Translations under genes and position numbers: made by a program
NCBI GenBank assembly: GCA_034666725.1
Contig: JAXDLE010000011.1
Location: 1 to 53,407 of the forward strand
From: Chloroflexota bacterium
Lineage (GTDB): Bacteria; Chloroflexota; Limnocylindria; Limnocylindrales; CSP1-4
Length of the DNA: 53,407 bases
Direction of reading: 5' to 3'
Notes under the pieces: generated by a model
Seen by the model: only the letters and a program-made list of their open reading frames with translations
What the model was told of the DNA's origin: nothing
Databases searched by the model: none
Shown: positions 8,305-15,922 of the stretch, one piece after another
Position numbering within the stretch: the stretch's first letter is position 1
How the letters are laid out: the number at the start of each line of letters is the position of its first letter

Positions 8305-9279
8305 CTACATTCGCGACAGAAGGTCGTTCTTCTTCTGCTCGAACTCGTCTGCGGAAATGATCCCAGCATCGCGGAGCTCGGCCAGCTTCTTAATCTGATC
8401 AGGGATATCGACTTGAGGTGCCGCTGCCGCCGCGGGCCTGGTTCGCTCGAGCCGGATAGCCCGCATTCGCTGTTCGACTTCGACCTTGACACGCTCGAAG
8501 GCCTCGCGCCGACTCGAGTCAAACATCACCGCGTTCTCATCTTCGGACGCTGTTTTCGCTGCTGTCGAACCACCGATGAGCTCAAACTGAATATGACCGA
8601 GCCAAAGCGACCCGGGGTTGCGCCACTGGATTCCAGCGATCTGGTCGATCCAGACATCCTTGTCACCTTTCTGAAAGCCCTTGGTCATTAGGCCCCGCAG
8701 GCCGTGATGTTTGATCCGGATCTTGTCGGGGAACACCCAAACGTGTCCGCCGTTTCCCTCCGCCTCAATGATCAGCGACTCGCTGTCGCCGGGCATGTGA
8801 CTTGACCGCGTCTGCGCTGGACCAATGACTCCAAGTTCCTCCGCCTCTATCAGGCTCTTGCCCTCGGCCGCGCCAACACTCGGCACATTCCGGATGAGCC
8901 TTTCGACCTCAGGCGCAAGTGTCTCCGCGACCTTGTCGCTCTTCGTTTGAATGACATAGTCAAGTTTGCCGAAGTCAGAGAATCCAAACGCCTTTGAAGG
9001 TAGGCTCGGTCCGGCCAGTGCCAAACAACTCTTGAAGCCCTTTTGAAGGTCGACCCCGTCGAGTACCTCATAGGGCCATCTCCGCCATCCGCCCTTCGAG
9101 TAGATGTAGGCCGCTGAATCAGTTGCCACCAGGCCAGCCTTACCCATGCCGTTGATTACTACTCGGATTGTTTCTGCCTCCGGAATGACGCCGATCAGCG
9201 CCACGTGAATGTCCGGATGGAGCCGGTTCAGATCGTTTGGCGCTCCGACGTCAGCCGTGACACACCTCCCACCAAGCAA
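8305..9279 (-). CDS. DUF4429 (bacterial PH-like) domain protein with a C-terminal SHOCT domain
   Basis: 'GHVWVFPDKIRIKHHGLRGLMTKGFQKGDKDVWIDQIAGIQWRNPGSLWLGHIQFELIGG' resembles DUF4429. The C-terminal 'IKKLAELRDAGIISADEFEQKKNDLL' is a SHOCT motif. The start is uncertain (TTG 9279 or GTG 9204). Composition is low G+C. Confidence 0.65.
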   Translation of the reverse strand: MLGGRCVTADVGAPNDLNRLHPDIHVALIGVIPEAETIRVVINGMGKAGLVATDSAAYIYSKGGWRRWPYEVLDGVDLQKGFKSCLALAGPSLPSKAFGFSDFGKLDYVIQTKSDKVAETLAPEVERLIRNVPSVGAAEGKSLIEAEELGVIGPAQTRSSHMPGDSESLIIEAEGNGGHVWVFPDKIRIKHHGLRGLMTKGFQKGDKDVWIDQIAGIQWRNPGSLWLGHIQFELIGGSTAAKTASEDENAVMFDSSRREAFERVKVEVEQRMRAIRLERTRPAAAAAPQVDIPDQIKKLAELRDAGIISADEFEQKKNDLLSRM

Positions 9280-9395
9280 TGATCCCTCGGCACGTCCGCG
9301 GTCGCAATGGCTGACGCTCGGTAACCATTCCCAATTTGGGCGAGCAATCCAACAGGGGTGCCGACGCGCCTTCTAGGCGTCATGATCTGCTCGGC

Positions 9396-9793
9396 ATGTC
9401 GACAATGGATGAGGCGACCACTCGGACCGCGCTGATCGATCCGACCCTGCACTCCCGAGGCTGGACCGAGGAGCTCATCAAGCGCGAGGAAACTCTCGGC
9501 ACCGTCGAGATCGTCGCTACGACCTGTCTGGCACCAAGGTGACGAAGAACCAACCGCTCACCATAGATCGCTTTGAAGAGTTCTTCGCGCTCAAGGATGC
9601 GCGGGCGGACTCAGAGCACTCGTGGACGCTCGCGCGCGCGGAGATCGAAGCCCGAGGGTTTGACCTCAAGGCCGTCAACCCGAACGCAAAGTCGGATGTG
9701 GACACGCGAACGCCGGCTGAACTGTTGGCTGAGATCGAGGAACGCCACGCCGAGGTCGGGGAGGCAATCGCGGAGCTGCGGCGCCTGCTATAG
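9396..9793 (+). pseudogene. Type I restriction-modification remnant: HsdR N-terminal fragment abutting an HsdM C-terminal fragment
   Basis: 9396..9542 encodes MSTMDEATTRTALIDPTLHSRGWTEELIKREETLGTVEIV, which resembles the start of the HsdR N-terminal domain, then stops after ~48 aa. 9539..9793 encodes ...SWTLARAEIEARGFDLKAVNPNAKSDVDTRTPAELLAEIEERHAEVGEAIAELRRLL, which resembles an HsdM C-terminal tail. No methylase core, HsdS or HsdR helicase/nuclease region is present. Confidence 0.6.
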
Positions 9794-9874
9794 GAGCGCC
9801 CAAGCGCAGTATGTAAGCGGCATCTCCAGAGTTTGGCTGCGGCTCATCAGTTGTTGCACCTGCAGCACCGCGAC

Positions 9875-10309
9875 CTAGAGGCCCGGCACCTGTCCATCAG
9901 CGGGCCACTCGCGGTACTCGCACCCAGCGGCGATGAGGCGTCGTATCGGACGGCTCTTGTCACCGTTGATGTGGACGTGCGCTGCGCCGAAAGACAAGTC
10001 GTTCGGCTCCCAAGTCACCCCCAATCCGAGGCCGCGCAGAAGCGCGACTGTGATCGCGACGACCCCAAACCCTTCAAAACCTGCGATAAGGTCGCGCGCA
10101 GCAGCTCCCAATTCGTGCAAGCGCGTTTCCTCGAAAACCGAAACCGCGGTCTTGCCGGTCTCTCGGTCGGTCAGGTTTTGGAACGCATTACTGGTCACGC
10201 GCAGCGCGTTTCCATCCATTGCCATCTGGCTTGGATGTACTACCCTCAGAACGTAGGAGTCGTCACCGATGGACTCGTCGTCTTGCGGTCCCTCATCCAC
10301 GCTCGCCAT
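9875..10309 (-). CDS. Hypothetical protein (144 aa), last gene of the island operon
   Basis: ATG start 12 nt after the stop of the upstream gene. It has an acidic N-terminus (MASVDEGPQDDESIGDD) followed by 'YVLRVVHPSQ...RVTSNAFQN'. I recognise no family. Confidence 0.6.
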   Translation of the reverse strand: MASVDEGPQDDESIGDDSYVLRVVHPSQMAMDGNALRVTSNAFQNLTDRETGKTAVSVFEETRLHELGAAARDLIAGFEGFGVVAITVALLRGLGLGVTWEPNDLSFGAAHVHINGDKSRPIRRLIAAGCEYREWPADGQVPGL

Positions 10310-10321
10310 TCACGCGGCGGG

Positions 10322-10819
10322 TCAGAGCCCTGGATGCACAAGGCTCGTTAGAACCTGAACGACACGCGGCAATGCACTGACAAGGTCGTCCTCCCACTCA
10401 GAGTTTGTTGCGGCGTCCATCAGGTAGGCGGTTGCGTTCCGAATGCCAGATGCACCTGACAACTCGATCGCAAACTCGAACAAAGGTCGACGCCATTCGA
10501 TCGAAATGCCGCCATCAGGTCGAGGGACGATCCGCGGCTCCTGAACGCTCTGGACTAGAAGTTGAGACAACACGTTCCTCGCGTCTGCTGCGGCTACGTC
10601 ACTTATCGGTTCTCCGCCATGCAGATCCCAATTCCGCCCCAGCCTGAGTAAAGGCGCAAGATGGGTTTCGATCCAGCGGTCGACAGCTCCGTGCGACCCA
10701 CCGAAGAGCCAATCCATTGAGCCGTATGCAAGGTCGGCAGAGCTCATTGTGGGTGTCTCGTGAGCGGGTTCCCGTCGGATGGCAGGGCTATTGGTGAGCT
10801 CACGTTCTGAAAGCACCAT
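10322..10819 (-). CDS. Hypothetical protein (166 aa), middle gene of the island operon
   Basis: ORF 10322..10915 trimmed to ATG 10819, 26 nt after the TIGR04255-like stop. It contains 'LGRNWDLHGGEPISDVAAADARNVLSQLL...PRIVPRPDGGISIEW'. I cannot name the family. Confidence 0.6.
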   Translation of the reverse strand: MVLSERELTNSPAIRREPAHETPTMSSADLAYGSMDWLFGGSHGAVDRWIETHLAPLLRLGRNWDLHGGEPISDVAAADARNVLSQLLVQSVQEPRIVPRPDGGISIEWRRPLFEFAIELSGASGIRNATAYLMDAATNSEWEDDLVSALPRVVQVLTSLVHPGL

Positions 10820-10845
10820 CCCTTGCGGGATCCACGTTGCGGTGA

Positions 10846-11685
10846 TCACGAGGCCTCCTTCCAGGATTGCTGAACATCCTCGCGGATAAGTCCGATAAAT
10901 GCCTTCCAGGCCCACTCTCTCCCTAGATCCTGAAAGGCGACAACGCCTTCGATGCCCTCGCCGATTGGGAGACCGCGCGCCGTGGAATTGAGTACGGCGA
11001 TTGCTTTTCCATCAGAACGTCGAACAGCAGTATTCACTGTGACATGAAGGCGGCCCACGCTGGCCCCTTCGTTGCTTAAGAGGTAATTCAACGCAATGCC
11101 CTGACCGTCGGGAGGCAGGTCGAATGATGCTGGAGGATCACTCACAACGGACAATATCGATGACAGAGGCAGATCCGCCTCTCCATCGGGCAGCTCGATA
11201 TGGTCGACGTATGTGATTTCGCACTGGGTGGGCACCAGTCCGCCGATCCCCTCGGACGCAAGGTAACTCTGAAACTTCGTTAGGTCCGCGACGAATGCGT
11301 CACTGAGTGCCGGATACCGTGGATATCCTTCCTGATCGTCAACGCGACGCCAATTCCGCGCGAACCAATCGTTCTGGATTTGCACCAACTGGCTCCCGGC
11401 GTTGTCGATCAGCCAGAGTCTGGGTAACGCCACATCGACCAGCTCCAACGTAATGGTTGGCCCAGGTGGTTGGCCGAAAGTCTCGATCTGTAGCTTGTAT
11501 GGCGGCTTTTGCTCCACGTTGGGGAATCGTTCCTTGAATGCCGCCCAAAGCCCTCCGAACTGGACCACAGTGAAGGGGAGTGGCTGAAATCCGACCGAGA
11601 GGATGAGTTCCCGGATAGGGGGCGCCAAGAAACGCAAGTGCGAACTGATTCCGCGCTGGCTGGCTGTGCTCACCGGCTTAGGCAT
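10846..11685 (-). CDS. TIGR04255-family protein (sporadically distributed, function unknown)
   Basis: ORF 10846..11970 trimmed to ATG 11685. The blocks 'PPIRELILSVGFQPL', 'RLWLIDNAGSQLVQIQNDWFARNWRRV...GYPRY' and 'QCEITYVDHI' match my recollection of the TIGR04255 signature. This was not searched. Confidence 0.6.
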   Translation of the reverse strand: MPKPVSTASQRGISSHLRFLAPPIRELILSVGFQPLPFTVVQFGGLWAAFKERFPNVEQKPPYKLQIETFGQPPGPTITLELVDVALPRLWLIDNAGSQLVQIQNDWFARNWRRVDDQEGYPRYPALSDAFVADLTKFQSYLASEGIGGLVPTQCEITYVDHIELPDGEADLPLSSILSVVSDPPASFDLPPDGQGIALNYLLSNEGASVGRLHVTVNTAVRRSDGKAIAVLNSTARGLPIGEGIEGVVAFQDLGREWAWKAFIGLIREDVQQSWKEAS

Positions 11686-11798
11686 GTGACGTCGTGGTGC
11701 TTCGGGCTGGCCGCAATATGCAAAAGATACTAGGGAACCCACACTGCCGGATGAGTCTGTGCTCGGGTGGGAGCCGACCCAGCGGTCAGCGCGAATAG

Positions 11799-12059
11799 CT
11801 AGTGCACGCTCCAGCGGCGCCAAGGCAGCGCGCTTGCGGGGATCTTCGACAGGAAGCGGACGATGTCGGGCCTGCCTCTGTATTCGATCCGCTGACCTTC
11901 TCGTCGCGCCATAAATACGACATTTGCCCCCGGCCACCAGCGGTGACAATCCGGCAGCAGGCGCTCCCACGCTCGTGGCGAATCAAAGATGTGCGCCTTG
12001 ACAGGGACTACTACGAAGGTGACGCCTTGCTCTTTGACTAGTGCAGCTTCAACGCTCAT
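11799..12059 (-). CDS. Small hypothetical protein (86 aa)
   Basis: ATG start preceded by AAGGGAG with ~9 nt spacing. The product is MSVEAALVKEQGVTFVVVPVKAHIFDS...RGRPDIVRFLSKIP. I recognise no family. It lies 113 nt upstream of the TIGR04255-like gene. Confidence 0.55.
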   Translation of the reverse strand: MSVEAALVKEQGVTFVVVPVKAHIFDSPRAWERLLPDCHRWWPGANVVFMARREGQRIEYRGRPDIVRFLSKIPASALPWRRWSVH

Positions 12060-12136
12060 GACAGTAGCTCCCTTATGACGCCTATATGCCGGTAGGCAAG
12101 TTCCCAGACGAGCGTGACAGCTTGCGTGGCACGATC

Positions 12137-15100
12137 TCAGCTACAGCCGGACGTGGAGCCGCAGTTCAAGCACTTGTAGCAAGAGCCATTGCGGACCATG
12201 ATCGAGCCGCAGTCCGCGCACGAGGGCGAGTCGGCCGAGACGGAGAATGCGACTTTTGGGCCGCCGCCGAGCTCAACACCTCCGGCGCTCAGAGGCTTCA
12301 GAGGCAGGGCAGGCGTGGCGTGGCCGTTTGAGTAGGCCAGGTTGGAGTGGACGGGGAGGTCGGTGCCGCCGACAGCGCTTGCGGGAGGAGGTTCCGCAAT
12401 CATCGCCGACGCTTTGGGCCCACCGGCCTCCCCGATGGTTGAAGTATCAACCTTCTCTGACGTAGGGGCGAGGGGAGATGCGACTTCTGACGCGATTGGC
12501 ATTTCTGAAGCGGCCGCGGCAGGTGTCGCGGAACCACCCCAGGACTCAGGGAGCGCACCGTACTGTGCGTCGACGTCGTCCCTGCTGATGATGCCGAGAG
12601 CGTCGCGCTCATCCTTGCCCAGGAACCGACTTCCCATCCAGCGGAAGATGTAGTCCACGACCGACTTGGCGATCGGGATCTCCGGGTTGCCGGTGAAGCC
12701 AGCCGGCTCGAAGCGCGCGTGGGCGAACTTGTTGACCAGGTCGCGCAGCGGCACGCCGTACTGGAGCGACAGCGAGGTCATCGTCGCCAGCGTGTCCATG
12801 AGACCGCTGATCGTCGAGCCCTCCTTGGACATCTTGAGGAAGATCTCGCCGGGCGTCCCGTCGGGGTACAGGCCGACCGTGATGTAGCCCTCGTGGCCGG
12901 CGACCTGGAACTTGTGCGTGAGCGCGCGGCGCTCATCTGGCAGGCGGCGGCGATACGGCTTGGGCTCAGGCGGAAGCGCAGCCTCGACAGGGGCGGCGGC
13001 AACTGGCGCTGCCTCAACCACTGGCGCATCCTTCTTCTTGCCCGTCGAGAGCGGCTGCGAGCGCTTGCTGCCATCGCGATAGATCGCGATCGCCTTCAGG
13101 CCGAGCTTCCAGCCCTCCATGTAGACATCGGCGATCTCGTCGGCCGTGGCCGCCTCGGGCATGTTGACGGTCTTGGAGATGGCGCCTGAGATGAACGGCT
13201 GCGCCGCGCCCATCATGCGGACGTGGCCCATGTAGTGGATGGAGCGCTCGCCGTTGACCGGCTTGAAGGCACAATCGAAGACGGACAGATGGGCAGGAGA
13301 GAGGTGCGGGGCGCCCTCGATGGTCTCGTGCTCGTCGATGAACCTGACGATCTCTTCGACCTGCGTCGGGCTGTAGCCGAGCTTGCGCAGGGCCGCGGGC
13401 ACCGTCTTGTTTACGATCTTGAGGAAGCCCTCACCGACCAGCTTCTTGTACTTGATGAGCGCGATGTCCGGCTCGATGCCGGTCGTGTCGCAATCCATCA
13501 TGAAAGCGATCGTGCCAGTCGGCGCAAGCACGGTCACCTGGGCATTGCGATACCCGAACTGCGTGCCCAGTTCGAGTGCCGCGTCCCAGGATGACCGTGC
13601 CGCGTCGATCAAATCGGACGGCGCGCCGTCGCCAGCGGGGATGGCGTACGCCGCGTCGCGGTGTTTTGCGATGACTCGGAGGAAAGGCTCCTCGTTCTTG
13701 CTGTATTCCTTGAACGCGCCACCGTGGTCGCGCGCGATAACGGCCGACTGGGCGTAGGCCGAGCCGGTCATGATCGCCGTGAGTGCAGCCGCGGTCGCGC
13801 GGCCCTCGTCGGAGTCGTACGCCAGGCCGCGGCTCATGAGCAGCGCGCCAAGGTTGGCGTAGCCGAGGCCGAGCGGGCGGAAGAGGTGCGAGTTGAGCTC
13901 GATCTGGGGAGTCGGGTACCCGGCGTTGTCGACCAGGATCTCCTGCGCCGTGATCGTCAGGCGCGCGGCGTACTTGTACGCCTCGATGTCGACCTCGCCA
14001 TCTTCCTTGACGAACTTCATCAGGTTGAGGCTGGCCAGGTTGCAAGCGGTGTCGTTGAGGAACATGTACTCGGAGCACGGGTTGCTGCCGTAGATGCGGT
14101 CCGTGGCGAGCGACGTGTGCCAGTCGTTGATCGTGGTGTCGTACTGGATGCCGGGGTCGCCGCAGATCCAGGCGGCGTCGGCCATGCGCTTGAAGACGTC
14201 GCGCGCCTTGTAGGTGGCCTCAGCCTCGCCGCTGACGATGCCGATCGTGTCCCAGTCTTTGTCCGTTTCGACGGCGTGCATGAAGTCGTCCGTCACGCGC
14301 ACGCTGTGGTTCGCGTTCTGGAACATGACGCTGCCGTAGGCCTCACCGGTGAATGACGCGTCGTAGCCTTGCTCGATCAGCGCCCAGGCCTTCTTTTCCT
14401 CGTTCGCCTTGGAGTCGATGAAGTCGAGGACGTCCGGGTGGTCGGCGTTGAGGATGACCATCTTGGCCGCGCGGCGGGTTGTGCCGCCCGACTTGATGGC
14501 GCCGGCGAACGCGTCTAGGCCGCGCATGAAGCTGACGGGGCCGCTGGCCACGCCGCCCTTGGAGAGCCGCTCGTTGGCGCCTCTTAGCGGGCTGAGATTG
14601 ACGCCCGAGCCGGAGCCGTACTTGAACAGCATCGCCTCTGTCTTGGCGAGGTCCATGATGCTGCCCATGTCGTCGCGGACCGAGTTGATGAAGCACGCCG
14701 AGCACTGCGGCTTCTCTTCGACGCCGACGTTGAACCAGACCGGCGAGTTGAAGCTCATCTTCTGGTTGACCAGCAGATGCGTCAGCTCAGCCTTGAATGC
14801 CGCCAGGTCGTCCTGCGACGCGAAGTAGTGCTGCGTCGCGGCCCATGCGGAGATGGTGTTGACCACGCGGTCGATGAGCTGCTTGACGCTGCGCTCGCGG
14901 CCGGGTGAGCCGACGTGGCCGCGGAAGTACTTGCTGACGACGACGTTGGTCGCGAGCTGGCTCCAGAAGGACGGCACCTCGATGTCTTCCTGGACGAAGA
15001 CGACCTTGCCCGACTCGTTCTTGATCTCCGCGGTGCGCAGCTCCCAGGTGATCTCGTCATAGGGATGAACGTCAGGCCGCGTCCAGCGCCGATCCCACTC

Positions 15101-15271
15101 GAGGCCGTTCACGCCGCGGCCGGTGAAGCGACCGTCCGCGTCGATGGGGGAGCGCTCCGCGTCGTGCTTCTCAAGCACCCCGATGAGCTCCGAGTTGGCG
15201 GCGATCACTGACGTTCCGTCGTCGTTCGTCGCGGTCGCTTCTGTGCTCTCGGAACCCGGCGCCTGCAGCAT
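12137..15271 (-). CDS. nrdJ: Class II (adenosylcobalamin-dependent) ribonucleoside-diphosphate/triphosphate reductase
   Basis: ORF 12137..15634 trimmed to ATG 15271 (MLQAPGSE), preceded by GGAGAGAGGGAG. The active-site region is '...YGSNPCSEYMFLNDTACNLASLNL'. The C-terminal Cys cluster is 'CADCGSIMVRNGSCYKCLNCGSTSGCS'. I see no intein-like insertion. Confidence 0.92.
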   Translation of the reverse strand: MLQAPGSESTEATATNDDGTSVIAANSELIGVLEKHDAERSPIDADGRFTGRGVNGLEWDRRWTRPDVHPYDEITWELRTAEIKNESGKVVFVQEDIEVPSFWSQLATNVVVSKYFRGHVGSPGRERSVKQLIDRVVNTISAWAATQHYFASQDDLAAFKAELTHLLVNQKMSFNSPVWFNVGVEEKPQCSACFINSVRDDMGSIMDLAKTEAMLFKYGSGSGVNLSPLRGANERLSKGGVASGPVSFMRGLDAFAGAIKSGGTTRRAAKMVILNADHPDVLDFIDSKANEEKKAWALIEQGYDASFTGEAYGSVMFQNANHSVRVTDDFMHAVETDKDWDTIGIVSGEAEATYKARDVFKRMADAAWICGDPGIQYDTTINDWHTSLATDRIYGSNPCSEYMFLNDTACNLASLNLMKFVKEDGEVDIEAYKYAARLTITAQEILVDNAGYPTPQIELNSHLFRPLGLGYANLGALLMSRGLAYDSDEGRATAAALTAIMTGSAYAQSAVIARDHGGAFKEYSKNEEPFLRVIAKHRDAAYAIPAGDGAPSDLIDAARSSWDAALELGTQFGYRNAQVTVLAPTGTIAFMMDCDTTGIEPDIALIKYKKLVGEGFLKIVNKTVPAALRKLGYSPTQVEEIVRFIDEHETIEGAPHLSPAHLSVFDCAFKPVNGERSIHYMGHVRMMGAAQPFISGAISKTVNMPEAATADEIADVYMEGWKLGLKAIAIYRDGSKRSQPLSTGKKKDAPVVEAAPVAAAPVEAALPPEPKPYRRRLPDERRALTHKFQVAGHEGYITVGLYPDGTPGEIFLKMSKEGSTISGLMDTLATMTSLSLQYGVPLRDLVNKFAHARFEPAGFTGNPEIPIAKSVVDYIFRWMGSRFLGKDERDALGIISRDDVDAQYGALPESWGGSATPAAAASEMPIASEVASPLAPTSEKVDTSTIGEAGGPKASAMIAEPPPASAVGGTDLPVHSNLAYSNGHATPALPLKPLSAGGVELGGGPKVAFSVSADSPSCADCGSIMVRNGSCYKCLNCGSTSGCS

Positions 15272-15377
15272 GTTCGGGGTCTCCCTCTCTCCTCGTAGCG
15301 GGGCCGTCTGGGGCATCTGGGCCGGCCAGCCGCATCCCCCAATGCTAGGCATGGGGTAGGGCAGTGTCAAGACTGAA

Positions 15378-15395
15378 ACCACAACATCTGGTGGT
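15378..15395. promoter_or_regulatory. NrdR-box-like imperfect palindrome upstream of nrdJ
   Basis: accacaacatctggtggt matches its own reverse complement at 14 of 18 positions. It lies ~107 nt upstream of the nrdJ ATG. Its outline resembles the 16-bp NrdR box. I could find only one box. Confidence 0.3.
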
Positions 15396-15459
15396 CCGGC
15401 TTGTTTTGTAATGCTAGGCCTAGTGGTTCGGTGAAAACCGTGGTGGACAGCCCGTGGAG

Positions 15460-15528
15460 CGTCTGGGGACCGTCTGGGGACGCTCGGTGGACGGCCGACG
15501 ACGCCCAGTGGACGGCCGATGACGCCCT
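15460..15528. repeat. Short tandem repeats (11 bp x2 and 21 bp x2) in the nrdJ upstream region
   Basis: cgtctggggac occurs at 15460-15470 and again at 15471-15481. gtggacggccgacgacgccca (15487-15507) is followed by gtggacggccgatgacgccct (15508-15528). Confidence 0.85.
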
Positions 15529-15540
15529 CAGCCGGCATGG

Positions 15541-15910
15541 CAGGACCGATGCCGGTGTGGCTGGCATATCGGGGACATCGGACGCTTAAGCACCGACCAA
15601 CCCCCCCGCCGCCACGCTCAGTTTCCGCGCGCACGCTGACTTGGGGTGCGCGGCAGACTCCTTATGCCGCGCCTGTGGCAGTTATGCCGGTGTGGTTGGC
15701 ATTCAAGAGCCTGGGCCCGGCTTGACGTTGGCAATGTCGGCGTGGCCGACATATCGGGGCTAATAGAGGCTTAAGGCACCGATTGATCGGCCGTCTCACC
15801 CTCAGCTCGAGTCGGACACGCTGGCGTGGAGCCCGCCCCGAGTCGCTTGTGCCTCGCCAAGGCCAGTTATGTCGGTGAGGCCGACACTCCAAGGGTCTAG
15901 GCGGCGGCAC
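15541..15910. repeat. Diverged 185-bp tandem duplication (2 copies) containing four 19-nt hairpins
   Basis: The anchors are offset by exactly 185 nt. Hairpins A 15549-15567 and C 15734-15752 are each followed by atcgggg...gcttaag(g)caccga. 'cacgctg' occurs at 15632 and 15817. Hairpins B 15684-15702 and D 15869-15887 are each preceded by g(g)cagttat. Confidence 0.85.
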
Positions 15911-15922
15911 GGTCGCCCATCT

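Noticed and set aside
9228-9452. 74-aa minus-strand ORF between the DUF4429 gene and the R-M remnant
   Set aside because: It overlaps the HsdR-like fragment in antisense, has no SD sequence, and is basic and low-complexity.
8290-12135. Integrative element with att sites, integrase or IS ends
   Set aside because: There is no recombinase or transposase ORF and no tRNA target. Only trivial 7-nt matches link the island boundaries.
12137-15271. Intein inside NrdJ
   Set aside because: The sequence is contiguous through the conserved blocks. There is no Cys/Ser...His-Asn splice-junction-bounded insertion. The extra length is an Ala/Pro-rich C-terminal linker.
15421-15440. tRNA-like 'GGTTCG' T-loop hits (also near 7650)
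   Set aside because: The flanking bases cannot form T-stem, acceptor or anticodon arms. No cloverleaf could be built in any intergenic region.
15272-15634. N-terminal extension of the nrdJ ORF (also of ORFs 16714..20211, 2503..4155, 32752..34191, 23003..24562 and 10846..11970)
   Set aside because: The extensions are Arg/Pro-rich, overlap neighbouring genes or repeats, and precede internal starts with good SD sequences and canonical family N-termini. All were trimmed.
15541-15910. CRISPR array
   Set aside because: There are only two ~185-bp diverged units with internal hairpins. It lacks a series of identical 25-40 nt repeats with unique spacers, and no cas genes are in the window.
15272-15920. 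Cobalamin riboswitch upstream of B12-dependent nrdJ
   Set aside because: I found no B12-box-like core (no GCCACTG-type element or GGGAA/GGTG conserved blocks) on the nrdJ-sense strand. The structured elements present are the 185-bp repeat hairpins instead.
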